Below are positions 12,330-24,276 of a DNA stretch of 64,000 bases, piece by piece; position 1 is the stretch's first letter, and the number at the start of each line of letters is the position of its first letter. A program made the translations under genes and the position numbers. The notes beneath the pieces were generated by a model that was given only the letters and a program-made list of their open reading frames with translations, was not told the DNA's origin and did no database searches. Origin of the DNA: Sphyrna mokarran (lineage: Eukaryota); contig JAGIQG010000048.1 of NCBI GenBank assembly GCA_024679065.1, forward strand, positions 1 to 64,000, in the 5' to 3' direction.

Positions 12330-12398
12330 AGTATTTGTCATGCTGTGTCTCACTGTGATAGCTGGTATAGCACAGCAGTTACTGTCAATACAAAAACC
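12330..12398 (+). other. IGHD: DH2 segment (12358-12370) with 12/12 RSSs, cluster A
   Basis: AGTATTTGT-12-CACTGTG [ATAGCTGGTATAG] CACAGCA-12-ACAAAAACC. Confidence 0.92.
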
Positions 12399-12723
12399 CC
12401 TCAGCACTGATTGATTGAAGCTGGATCAGTGTCACTTTTAAATTCCAGCTTTAATCAAAGGACAGTATTATTTATATCCAGCACAGACCACCTGAGAAAA
12501 ATAAACATGGAAAATCTTGATAATTACTCAATTATTAATTGGTGTTTTCGATAACACGTTCATGAATTACTCTGAAATATAAAACATTAGGGTCATTTAT
12601 GAATATCGAATGGTATCCAGAAATCCAAAATTATAATTTACTGAACATTAATTGACTTTGTTTTTCCTTGGGTTTGTGGATATTTAAAATAATGGTGCTT
12701 GCGTGTCTATTTAGTGCAGAGAC

Positions 12724-12810
12724 GGTTATTATATGACACAGCCCAGGGAATGTGACACTGTGACGACTTCGATTACTGGGGACAAGGGACCATGGTGACG
12801 GTGACTTCAG
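12724..12810 (+). CDS. IGHJ: JH segment (12763-12810; DFDYWGQGTMVTVTS) with 23-RSS, cluster A
   Basis: GGTTATTAT-23-CACTGTG, WGQG motif, donor GTAAGA at 12811. Confidence 0.96.
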
Positions 12811-15800
12811 GTAAGAACCATCACTTATTGAATAACTGGTTTAAATGTGTCTTTGTTTTATAATTTTTATCTGTACTAATAATCCATTTGGTAACATAAA
12901 TATGCGTTCGGTGGATTCTCCGTTGAGAATTTTTACAATGTTTTCTATGATTCGGCTGCAAAGGGGTTTTAGAATTCCGCTCTTCCTTGACAGTGGGTGC
13001 TGCTGAGGGCTTCAATCCCAAATTGTTGTGATTTTGTGTTTGTCTGTTGAGGTTACTGTGTGGCTGGGTGACTTTACAAGCCGAACATCTGTTAAACAAT
13101 TCAGCGTTTCTGCAATGTTTAATCTTGGTGACATCTGGTGGCTACGGGTTGTACAAGTGTTTGAAATTTAAACCTAAACTGAAAAACAAAATCTCATTTC
13201 TAAATTGATCCAGTGAAAATGTTCCCCCCTCTCTCAATGCTGTCCAATATTTCTGCTTATTGGAAACATTGATTAGTTTGGTGGTGGGCGAATTGGCTGG
13301 AATTTACAGTAAACATTTCTGTAAATGTTACATTTCTTTCTGCTGGAAGTGTTTGCAGAACTGTGCTGCTTCTGCATGAAGCAGGGTTCAGTCTCTCAGT
13401 GGTGAGTTTGTGCCTGAGTGACTTTAAATACGTAAAAATTGTGACTTAATTTGGTGTTTCTGCGTCGTTTGAACTCAGTGAGACTGAATTGTGACACGTG
13501 TTGTGATTGAGTACAAACATACTGCTGTTTGCCACTGCTTGACGCAGAACTGCAGACAGAAATGAAGCAAGCTTTATTGTATGCCTAGTGTTAAAAATCT
13601 TTAGTGATAACGCCTTACACCACTCGTTCAGAACATAGTTTGTCACTGCCTTCACAGTTTGGGGTATCTGCAATGTTTAATCTCGGTGGCATTTGATGGC
13701 TGGAACTTCTACCATCCAAATGTTTAAATATGTTTGAAATATGACCCATTAGGAATAAAATGTGATAAAATTTCCATACTAATTTGTTGGGTATATTCTC
13801 GCAATGCTATTGCTATTATTCCAGATTTCTGTTTGATTTAATAATTGTTTAAGAGCTGGTTTGCTAGATTCGATATTGAGATTTTTATTTTGCAATGTTA
13901 CATTTGATTGTGTTGAATAGATAATTGAGCTGCTTTTCTATGAGGCGGATTCATTGTGTTTTGTTGTGTTTCTGTGGAGGAGATTCTGTGGGTGGGTCAC
14001 TGTGAATGTTTAAAATGTGTGAAATGGTTTAGTTTTGTGGCACTATTGCTGCTGCGTTGTTTAAATACTGTTTTAACGGTGCCGTTGGGAGCTTAGATGT
14101 TTTCTGGTTGAACACAAACAATCTTTGAGTTTGAAAATCCCTGTCGGGAGAAAACAAGCAAGTTTGGGGGAAAAAACCTGGAAGATATCACAGCGTTTTT
14201 ATAAATTTTAACAAATTCAAGTAAATCATGATTTATTCGCTCATTCGGAGACTAAATCGTTGCTGCAAATACCAACTGTTCATTAACAAGTTTAATAGTA
14301 AAATTAATATAAATCAGAGAATCATTAATTGGTAATATAACTCCATATTCATCACAGATTATTTTACATTGAGTTAGCAAGAATCCCTTTTAATAGCTTT
14401 GCTGTGTTCATGCAATTAACATGATCAGAACATTTTCCAGACAGGAAATATTTTGGGACAATTCCAGAAGCTATTTGAATGATAACACGCTGTTTTCACA
14501 GCAGCGCTCAGTTGAACAAGATACTTTGCATTCATGGTTATATCCCAGATTAAATTCGCATTCACTGGAATACGAGTTTTGCAGAATAATTTCCTTTTTG
14601 GAAAATTTTCTATCCGATTATAATGTTTTCTATGCAATTGCAGCCAGACGATTCGTTCTCGGTATTTTTTAATTAGATACCGAGATAATTAATTACTTAT
14701 CTCATCTCAATTTGTGAATTGGTTTGGCGTCCCTCAATTGTTTTTGCATTGTATCAACTCACTGAGCACTTCGGACTAAATGAAAATAAAATTGCGTTTG
14801 AATATTCTTGTAGGGAAAAAGCAAAAAAGTATTGGAAAATAAATATGTTAGGGCATTTTATTCATGTTAACTGATGCTTACATATTAAACTAAAGCATGA
14901 ATTACAATTCACTGTATCTCTGTTAGGGACATTACACTACCCTGAATCTCTTATATTTGAAGTGCTCATTTTAGAGGAAAAAAATTGCCCAGTTTTTGGG
15001 ATTTGAGACAGTCGGGGAGAGAGTTGAAAGGCAAAGGGAATTTTAAAAAGAACATTGGGTTAATTTAAAATGTTTATTGATGATTTTTTTCTTTGTTGCA
15101 ATTTGACCTTTTGATCAGGTAGAATCAAACAGTTAATAAAAAATTGACAGACTGAACAGTTTTCTGACAGACGGAATTCGCTGACACAAGCAAATTTGTT
15201 ACATGATTGTGTTTGAATTGTAGTAAAATGTCAACAGAAACTAGCTACAGTGACAATTAAATGCTTGAAATTCAAGAAGATGATTTTATATAAAAATAGT
15301 ATGATATTATAAATACCATAAAAAATAATATTAGCTCTGCACTTAACAAGTCTCCCATTAATGCTAAACACAGAATAGAATTACAGGAAGAATAAATGAC
15401 AGAATGGAAGAATTCATACTAACTGAAGCTTATGTTTAATTCTTATTAAATATTATAATGAAAAAAGGTCCAGACTTATATTCTGCATCGTGTTTTTAGC
15501 GTTAGAGGATTCGAATCAATTGTTCTGTGTTTGCACTGTTTAATTCAGATCCTCTTTAATTAATGTGTTCCTAGATTTAATAATTTAGACCATCCATATA
15601 ACTTGATATAACTGAACTATATGGATGGTCTAAATTATTAAATCTGGGAAGCAGTATTATTGATTTCAAACGGCCAGACCGTTACAGTCTATATAAACTC
15701 AGAAGTATGTGTTTTTAACACCTTTAAGACATATCTAGTAAAAGTGTAATATTCCATTGTCAATGTGATTAGATTTCAGTAAATGAATGTCAGATGTTTG

Positions 15801-17475
15801 AATGTTTCTGTTCAGTAATTTGAAATTATAGTTGAACATTGAGATTTAATGCAACCTAATTATTTAACAATGTTGGGGGCAGAAGCAGGTTTTGAATGAT
15901 TGAAAACTCATTTTATTACAGAGTACAAATCAGCTGGCAGGAAAACTAATTGACAATTAATAACTTAAAATGTAATATTGATGCTGATTAATTCAAAACA
16001 AAAGACCTTGAATATTGCACTAACGTGCAAAATATCATCAGTTTGAGAATATTTAATTGTACCAAAATGAATTCAAAAACAAACCATTTCTTTACTCGGC
16101 AGTGCTCGGCTTGATAAAGTGTTTTGCCTTGATTAATTTGTTGATTGGATCTAATTTCTTAATGTAATGTAAACGTTTCCCAGTTTGTTTAATTCTTACT
16201 GTGTTGGGGGACATTGAACTGAGTTGAATCTGTTATTTTGGCTCATTTTCAGAGAAATTACATTTTTACATGAAGTTTTTGAGAAGTGACACAGGCAGAG
16301 AGAAATAATTAAAGGTCGACAGGAGTTCTGAAATGAATATCAGTTTAATTTAAAATAGGTTAATGATTTTCGGTTGTTGTAAGTTGACTATTGATCAATT
16401 CGAATCCAACAGTTTGAATGGAATTTACAGATTGAAGAGATCTTTCTGAACCGTTGGTGTTTGTTCTGTTTCTCTGAGCTTGGGTCACTGTGTTGGGACC
16501 AGGAATGTGTCTGACTGGTTAAAAAATCTTCTGGTTCCTTCTGCTGTATTTCAGGAAGTGAAATTCTATTTATTTCTTCAATAGACTTGTATTTGTGAGA
16601 AATGTGCCTGCTAGACTCGGCAAGTCAGAAATTAGATCCCTGAAGCATATTGTGATCGTCAGAGGGAGCAGAAACTTCAGATTGTAGAGGGAGAATTGGA
16701 TGATTTTTAAGCAGTGATGTACCAGCCTTGGGAATGTTCGATGACTAAGTTGAAAGTGAGATTTCCTATGTTGTGCTCAGTACTACAGCAGTCCCTGAAC
16801 TGTTTAGGGATAGTTGAAGGGTCAAATTCATTTGTATCTTATTTTTAACCTTCTAAAGGCATTTTCGAGCCATTTGCTCGGCCAGAATTTTTAACCTTCC
16901 CTAATTTTTCCTTCAAAGTGGGGCATCCTTGAATAACTGCAGTCCATATGTCGCAGGCATCCGCCCTGCTGTTAGACAGGAAGTTCCAGGATTTTGCCCC
17001 AGCGATTGTGAAGGAACTGAGATCTTGTTCCAACTCAGGATGGTGTGTTTTGGAGGGGAGTTTGCAGGTAGTAGTGTTCATATGTAGCTGCTGCCCTGGT
17101 CCTATTGGGATGTAAAGGCAGCGGGTTTAGACAGTGTATTGTATGGAGCCTTGGTGAGTTGCTGCAGTGCATGTTGTGTATAATACACCCCGCTTGTTAG
17201 TGATGGAGAGAGCAAATAGGATGAATGAGGGCTGGGCGGGGAGCGGGTAAACTTGTGGGTGGCTTTACCCTGGATTGTGTCAAATTTCTTGAGGATTTTA
17301 CAAGTTTATCCCCTTGAGAAGAGAGGAATGTATTCAATTGTGCCTGACTGGTAAAAAATGTTTTTCCAACTCTTGCCCTGCAATCCATACTGTGCTCGCT
17401 TGACAACCCCACTTACTGGGTGAGTGTGTGTGGAGTGAGGGTGCTTTTCCAGACTGAATCAGCCAGATAGAGATT

Positions 17476-19225
17476 TACACATTCTCCCACACGTAAATAT
17501 CCACATACACACACTCATATTCTCTCACACATACATACTCACACTTGTTGTCTCTCTCACACACAACTATACACATTCTCTCTCTCTCTCTCGTTCTACA
17601 CACTCTCAAATCTGAATACATACTTACTCTCGCTCGCTCATTCACCGTCTTATGCTCCACACACAAAACGCACAAACAACCACACGCGTTCTGCCTTACA
17701 CACAGACACACTCTCACACAAACAGTCCCTCACATTTTCTCTCTCTCTCACACTCTCTTATGTATGTTCAAGCTGTCTCATTTTTTTCACACACGCTCTT
17801 TCACAATTCCTCTTGCACACACATGTCTCTCTCTTTCACACACAAACACCCATGCATATAATTTATCTCTCTTGCACACACTCTCTCACACATTCTTGCC
17901 CTCGCACACTGGCTCTCTTACAAACACTCTCTCTCAAACACACACTCTAACACACCCTCTCAAACGCAGACACTGTCTCTCACAGAAGCAGATGCGTGCA
18001 CGCATTCTCCCTCTCACTCACACAGACTATCTCTTTCACATTCCCCCTTCCGTATTCTCACTTCCTCTCTCACTCATTCACATGCTCGCTCTCTCATACA
18101 AACACACACATTCTCTCTCAAGATAGATTTCTTTCTTACGCTCACTCCCTTAAACATTACCTCACACATGCACAATCTTGCTCTCAAACACTGTCTCCCA
18201 CAAACAGCCTCTCACACACATGCACACACACTCTCCGTCTCACACACGGACACAAATGTAAACACAAACACTCCACCTATCACAGACACATGTTCTCAAC
18301 AGTTACTTCACTCACACATCCACTCTGTTTAATTTTCACACTTTCTCTCTCACACACATTCTCCCTGCCTTTACGCACACACACACTGAAGAACAGAGAC
18401 ACACTCTCTCACACATAAAGAATAACTCATTAAACACACACTCTCTTTCTCACATCACATTCTCACATATCCTGTCTCTTCTTGGACACACAGACCACTG
18501 TCTCCTACACACATTTACAAAAACACTCATATGTCTGACACTCACACATAAACCACACACAACCTCTCTCTCACACCTAATAAACATCTCTCTCTGCCTC
18601 ACACACAATCAAACACATTGCACACATCTTTCTCACTCGGGTGCAATCCCTTGCACACTTTCAGACACTCATCAAACTATTATTTTGTTTCCCAATAGGT
18701 ACTCCCTGTCTCTCATGAACACAACAGTCTCTTCAACACACACATACCCTTCCTCTCAAGCACACACACTGTTTCACAAACAGACTTTATCTCCTATAGA
18801 CACACTTCATTTCACATTAACACACACACAATCACACACTGAAGAACTGTCTCTCTCAAACCCCCCACCATGCACACTCTCCCCACCTCCTCACACACAC
18901 ACACATGCACACGCTCCCCACCTCCTCACACACACACACATGCACACTCTCCCCACCTCTACACACACACACACTCTCTCTCACACACACTTTCAAGAAG
19001 GGACACACACATAAATAACTATTCAAACACAAACTCTCACACACATCATCTCACACACTTGCTCTCATGTACACTCTCCCCTCTTGCACACACACAACCC
19101 ACTGTCTCACGCGTGTGCCAACATGGTCTATCACACACAGGCACTATAACACGCACATTATCTCTCTCTCGCACACACTTACACCCACACACCCTCTCTC
19201 ACACTTTCCATCTCACATACATCAG
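17476..19225. repeat. Degenerate (CA)n/(CT)n low-complexity tract in the J-C intron
   Basis: CA/CT-rich sequence; mirrored at ~55590-57330. Confidence 0.9.
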
Positions 19226-19239
19226 AGTGACAGTTTTTG

Positions 19240-19530
19240 ATAACATAGAATAGAATCATAGGATCCTAGAGCAGAAGGGGGCCATTCAGCCCATCGACTC
19301 TGCACCAACAGCAATCCCACCGAAGCCCTATCCCCGTAACGTAAAGTATTTACAATTCCCTCTGACACTAAGGGGCAACTTAACGCGGCCAATCAACTAA
19401 ACCCCGCACTGTGGGAGGAAACAGGAGCACCCTGAGGAAACCCAAACAGACACAGGGTGAACTTGCAAACTCCACACAGACGGTGACCCAAGTCAGGATT
19501 TGAACTGTGAAGCAGCAGTGCTGTGCCTCC
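19240..19530 (-). mobile_element. V-SINE-like element
   Basis: gggaggaaacaggagcaccctgaggaaaccc...tgcaaactccacaca core; mirrored at ~55290-55570. Confidence 0.7.
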
Positions 19531-19764
19531 CCACCCCCTCCCGTAACATTTGAATGAAGTGGGATCGAGGAGTCTGATTAATATTCAAGTAGATAAGTTC
19601 CAGCGGGAAATTCTTCTGTTTGGAGTCATTCTTAGCACAAAGCAAGATGGTAATGGTTGTTGGAGGTCAAACATCTCAGCTGAGATATCACTGCAGGAGT
19701 TTGGCCGGGGACTGTTCTGGGACCAACAATCTTCTATCGCTTCATCAATGGGACATTCCATCCA

Positions 19765-20212
19765 ATATTAGATTTACAAGGATGTTCCTGGATTGGGGGG
19801 CATGCCTTAGGTTGAGAGAGCTCGGTCTCTTCTCCCTGGAGAGACGAAGGTTGAGAGGCGACCTGATAGAGGTTTATAAGATGTTGAGAGGAATAGATAG
19901 AGTGGATTCTCAGAGGCTATTTCCCAGGGCTGAAATGGTCACTACAAGAGGACACAGGTTTAAGGTGCTGGGGGGGCAAGTACAGAGGAGATGTTAGGGG
20001 TAAGGTTTTCACTCGGAGGGTGGTGAGTGAATGGAATCGGCTGCCGTCAGTGGTGGTAGAGGCGAACTCGCTGGGGTCTTTTAAGAGACTTCTGGATGAG
20101 TACATGGGATTTAATGGGATTGGGAGTTAGATAGTTCTATGGCCTGGTAGGTATAGATGTGATCAGCACAACTTGTGGGCTGAAGGGCCTGTTTGTGCTG
20201 TAGTGTTCTATG
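19765..20212 (+). mobile_element. CR1-type LINE 3' fragment
   Basis: LRELGLFSLERRRLRGDLIEVYKML...; tail gaagggcctgtttgtgctg; mirror copy 54700-55050 has an internal deletion. Confidence 0.88.
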
Positions 20213-20573
20213 TAACATCATGCATCCTAACTCAAGATCCTCAATCACTCATCCTCACTCAAAAATTTCACTCACTCTCCCACACTCCACTTTACACACT
20301 CACACCCCACCCTCAGTAACATATCCTGACTCATCCCTCACTTAGTCAGTCACGTTCATTCCCTCACCCTCATTCACTCAGCCTCCTCCACTAACCTCCC
20401 TCCCTCATTCATTCATTCTTGCTCACCAACTCTCTCTCACCCACCTTCACTCACACATCCAGCCACCTCTACTCACCCACACTCTCTCAACACCCTCATT
20501 TACACTCACACTCTCTCCCTCACCCACACTTACTCATCCTCAATCACTCATCCTCACTCAAACGACACTGCCC

Positions 20574-21095
20574 TGGGAGAGTAGAGAGCTGGAGGGAATC
20601 GCTGGGAGCTCGGGGGCCAGGGGATAATGGCAAAGAGCCAGGCAAGGACAGGGGCTGAGGGGAAGGGGAACAGAGAGCGGGGGGAAAGGCCACACAGCCG
20701 GAGGAAAGGGCAGAGAGTAAGGGGAAAGAGTAGAGAGACCAGGGAAAGGGGAGAGAACAAGGGGGAAAAATGGAGGCACGATAAAGGGGCAGGGAGGCAG
20801 AAGAAAAGCCAGAGAGCTGAGGGAAAGGGCAGGAGAGTCAGGGGGAGAAGGTCAGAGTTGTGGGGGGGGAATGGAGAAAGAGGGTCAGGAGCAAGGACAG
20901 AGAGCTGAGGGAAAGCATAGGGGACTGAGGGAAATGGCAGAGAGCCGGGGGAGAGGGCACAGGGCAGGAGGGAAGTGTAGAGAACCAGGTGGAAGTAAAG
21001 AAAGCCGGATGGGAGGAAAAAAGAGGCACCAGGAGAGGCAGAGAGCCGGGGAAAATGGGCAGAGAGCGGGTGATGGATGGGCGGAGTGTGGGGGG
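20574..21095 (+). repeat. G/A-rich purine tract in the J-C intron
   Basis: Strong G+A strand bias, many GGG runs; shorter mirror copy at 54139-54452. Confidence 0.85.
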
Positions 21096-21379
21096 TTTCA
21101 AAATAGAGCAAATACCACAATCAGCTCATGTGTAATCTCAGTGAATGATCGAGGAGGCTTCAGGGCCTGAATGGCCAACTCTTGCTATTAATGTGTGATC
21201 CTTCAATGTTGCATTTATTTGAATCTCTAATCGTGTTTAGAATTTCCTGATCATTCAGTAAGTATTCATTCCAAAGGTATTTTTGAAGCAAAGTCACTAA
21301 TCTTCCTTCTGTGGAGTGAGAGGCAGTGAGTTGGAGAGAGGGAGGGACATCAATCAGTTTGAACACAGGCAATTTCCAA

Positions 21380-21500
21380 AACTAGTGTGGAGATGCCGGT
21401 GATAGGTTGGTGTGGACACAGTAAGGAATCTCCCAACACCGGGGTAAAGTTTATTTGGAATCACGAGCTTTTGGAGCTCCTTCATCAGGTGAGTGGATGA
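21380..21500 (-). mobile_element. Penelope-like terminal-repeat fragment with degenerate hammerhead core
   Basis: cac-CTGATGA-aggagctcc-AAAA-gctc-gtg (GAAA mutated); mirrored at ~53755-53875. Confidence 0.55.
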
Positions 21501-22049
21501 TCTGAATGAAGAGAACTTCTTCATCACAAAGTGCTGTTGTTTGAGAAACAAATGGTTACAAATAATGGAGAGAATCTTTCCTGTTCTCTACTAATCCAAT
21601 GAATGAGACGTCATTTAGAGACTATTGGAATGTTTATTTCCTTCTGAATTTGATGGAGGCGGAGACAGGGATTTGAGTTCCTACAGAGATGACGATTCCC
21701 AAATGAAAGAAGTAACATAATCTCAAAGGTGGATGGAAGTTTCAATGGAGAATTGTTGGGATAAGTTCAGAATGGAACATAGAACATTACAGTGCAGTAC
21801 AGGCCCTTCGGCCCTCTAATTCCAATCAACGTTCGAGATAGAAGCAGGAGTAGGCCATTCGGCACTTTGAGCTTACGCTGCCATTCACAGAGCTCATCAA
21901 CATCCTGATCATGCCTATTTCCCATATCCCTTCATCCCTTTCTCACCAAGAGCTATATCTACTATAGAAACCTACTTGTAACAAGTTTGTTGACTGAATA
22001 AACACAAATAAGAGTCTAACTTGTTCAATTGGCTATTTTTTTTTCCTAG

Positions 22050-22349
22050 CGACACCATCTTCACCCACTGTCTACGGCCTGATCTCCTCCTGTGGGCAAC
22101 AGAGCTCCGACAGCTCCATCACCTACGGCTGTTTGGCGATGGATTACAATCCAGATGTCTCCAAACAGACCTGGAAGAAAGATGGGCAGACCATCAGCTC
22201 TGGGTTTAAGACTTTCCCATCAGTGAGAAACACTAAGGGAACCTACACCCTGAGCAGCCAGTTCACCATCAGCGACTCATCGGGAAAATGCCCCAATATT
22301 GGCTGTGAGGTTCGACATCTTGACTTTTCCAAGACCGTTCCAATTCCAT
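22050..22349 (+). CDS. IGHM: IgM Cmu1 exon, cluster A
   Basis: cctag acceptor; ATPSSPTVYGLISSC..ITYGCLAMDY..TWKKDG..GCEVRH; donor GTAAGT; phase 1. Confidence 0.93.
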
Positions 22350-22560
22350 GTAAGTGTTGTGCAGCTTGTGTAAAAGAGAAACACTGTGGTTAACATGTTG
22401 GGCTTTGGTTATAACTCATTTAAATAGATGTGCATAATCGGGCCCTCTGGATTGGTCCGGTTAGTGTCTATTGACTGCAAATGCGTTAGTAATATAGACA
22501 AAAGTTGAATTGATCCACATCTTCTGCAGGAAATGACTAATATGTTTTGTTTTTCCTGAG

Positions 22561-22875
22561 GCCCTCCGCTTCATATCCCTCCAACCATTATCCTCACCGT
22601 GAGTTCCAGTGAACAAATCTCAAGCAGCAAATTAGCAACCATGGTCTGTTCAATCTTCGATTTCCAGCCAGGATCAATGACGGTGAAGTGGCTGAAGAAT
22701 GGACAACGTGTGGATTCAGGAATTGTCACTGTTGCCCCCTGTGAAGTGAACGGGAACTTCTCGGCCAGCAGTCGGTTGACAGTCTTCGCTGGGGAATGGT
22801 ACAGCAAAGCGGTCTATACCTGCCAGGTCACTCATGACGGAGTCACCCAGAGTCAGAACATCAGCGCATCTCAGG
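22561..22875 (+). CDS. IGHM: IgM Cmu2 exon, cluster A
   Basis: C1-set domain [26 protein letters not shown]; donor GTAAGA; acceptor is an atypical GAG. Confidence 0.92.
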
Positions 22876-23719
22876 GTAAGAGACTCAGAAGACAAAATTT
22901 ATCATTCCGATGTTAATTGGAATTAGGGAACTATTAAAGTCGATACAACACGTAGAACAACTTCATGCCGTTTGCTGCATTAGGACAATGCCTCCTTCAG
23001 AGTTTAATTAGGAAAACAATTCCTTGTTATTCCTTCATGAGATGTGCATTTACTCCCCAAACCCGGGGGTACTTAAATGTCAACCAGGTTGCTGTGAATC
23101 TGGAGTCACATGCATGACAGGCCAGATAAAAACAGCAGGTTTATTTTGCTAAGGAGCATTTGTGAACTTGGAGGGGTTTGACAGCAATGGCTTCACGATA
23201 ACCATTTCCATTTTGAATTATAGATGTTTATAAAATTCAAATTTCACATTTGCACTGATGAGATTTGAATCTGTGCCCCCAAAGTCTTGCCCAAGGTTAC
23301 AAGTTCATTGACAACGCCATATATCACTGCCTCCCCTTGAAAGAGAGCCCCCTTCCGGTTTGAACTAATATAGTGAGTGAGGTGGCCTTGATGTCAGCTT
23401 CTCCTGAGACAGCTGGTAAGGTTTGGAGAGACAGTAGGGGTCAGACTGTTTCACAGCTCAGAGCACAGGGGTAAAATATTGGAAAGTTTATCCAATATTT
23501 TACCACCCTGTTTATAAACCAACGGTCGGTGTTTTTTCCCCTGAGTTCAGGATGGTGTATTTGTTTGGGAATTCTGCAATGCTGATTCATGGAAATGGTA
23601 CCGCTGCTACAATATTTAATACAGGGAATCATTTCATAGAGCAAGCTGGTTTTCCATTCGCCATGGAAGTTGAAAGGCGATAGTTAGAGATCGATATATT
23701 GAAGGCAATCTCTCCTCGT

Positions 23720-24200
23720 AAGAACATAAGAAATAGGGCTGGACGGCCGACTCCTGCTCCTTCGAGCCTGCCCCACCATTCAATAAGATCATGACTGAAC
23801 TGAAGTGGATCAGTTCCACTTTCTCCCCAGAACCCTCAATTCCCTTGTCTATCAGAACCCCATCTACCCGTGAGTTAAATACATTCAGCGAGGGAGTCTC
23901 CACCACTTCAATGAGAATTCCAAAGATTCACCATCCTTTGAGTGAAGAAGTTCCTCCTCAACTCTGTTCTAAACAGCGGCCCCTCCTTATTTTGAGGCTG
24001 TGCCCCCTCTGGTTCTGGTTTCCTTTCTAAGTAGGAAGAATCTCTCTCCCTCTGCCCTATCCATCCCCTTCATTATCTTATGTCTCTATAAGATTCCCCC
24101 CCCCTCAACCTTCTGAACTCTAACAAGTACAGGCCCAGTCTATTCAATCTCTCCCCATAGGCTAACCCCCCCCTTCATCTCCGGTATCAGCCTGGTCAAC
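23720..24200 (-). mobile_element. Old CR1-type LINE 3' fragment
   Basis: RNFFTQRMVNLWNS-like coding remnant and tail; mirrored at ~51070-51560. Confidence 0.7.
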
Positions 24201-24276
24201 TTTCTCCTTCAGGATGAAGATTACTGTCCTGCTTCTGAAGAGGGAACTGGGGTTCATTTTCATTTCTCATTCACAG

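Noticed and set aside
11290-12810. Germline-joined VDJ, IgW, IgNAR or TCR-associated V
   Set aside because: V, D1, D2 and J are separate with intact RSSs, and four Cmu exons with a mu tailpiece and TM exons follow: conventional IgM.
13967-14004. Second cryptic RSS (TGTTTCTGT-22-CACTGTG) in the J-C intron
   Set aside because: Heptamer is CACGTTG in cluster B and no J-like sequence follows.
17475-19253. Long His/Thr/Leu- or Cys/Val-rich ORFs (also 26982-28814, 46508-48392, 56198-57164)
   Set aside because: Translations of (CA)n/(TG)n low-complexity DNA, not genes.
20554-21170. ORFs of up to 188 aa over the purine tract
   Set aside because: Compositional artefact; truncated in the mirror copy.
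21455-21495. Active hammerhead ribozyme in the J-C intron (and at ~39555)
   Set aside because: Core boxes are mutated (GAAA to AAAA; CTGACGG) and stem II is truncated.
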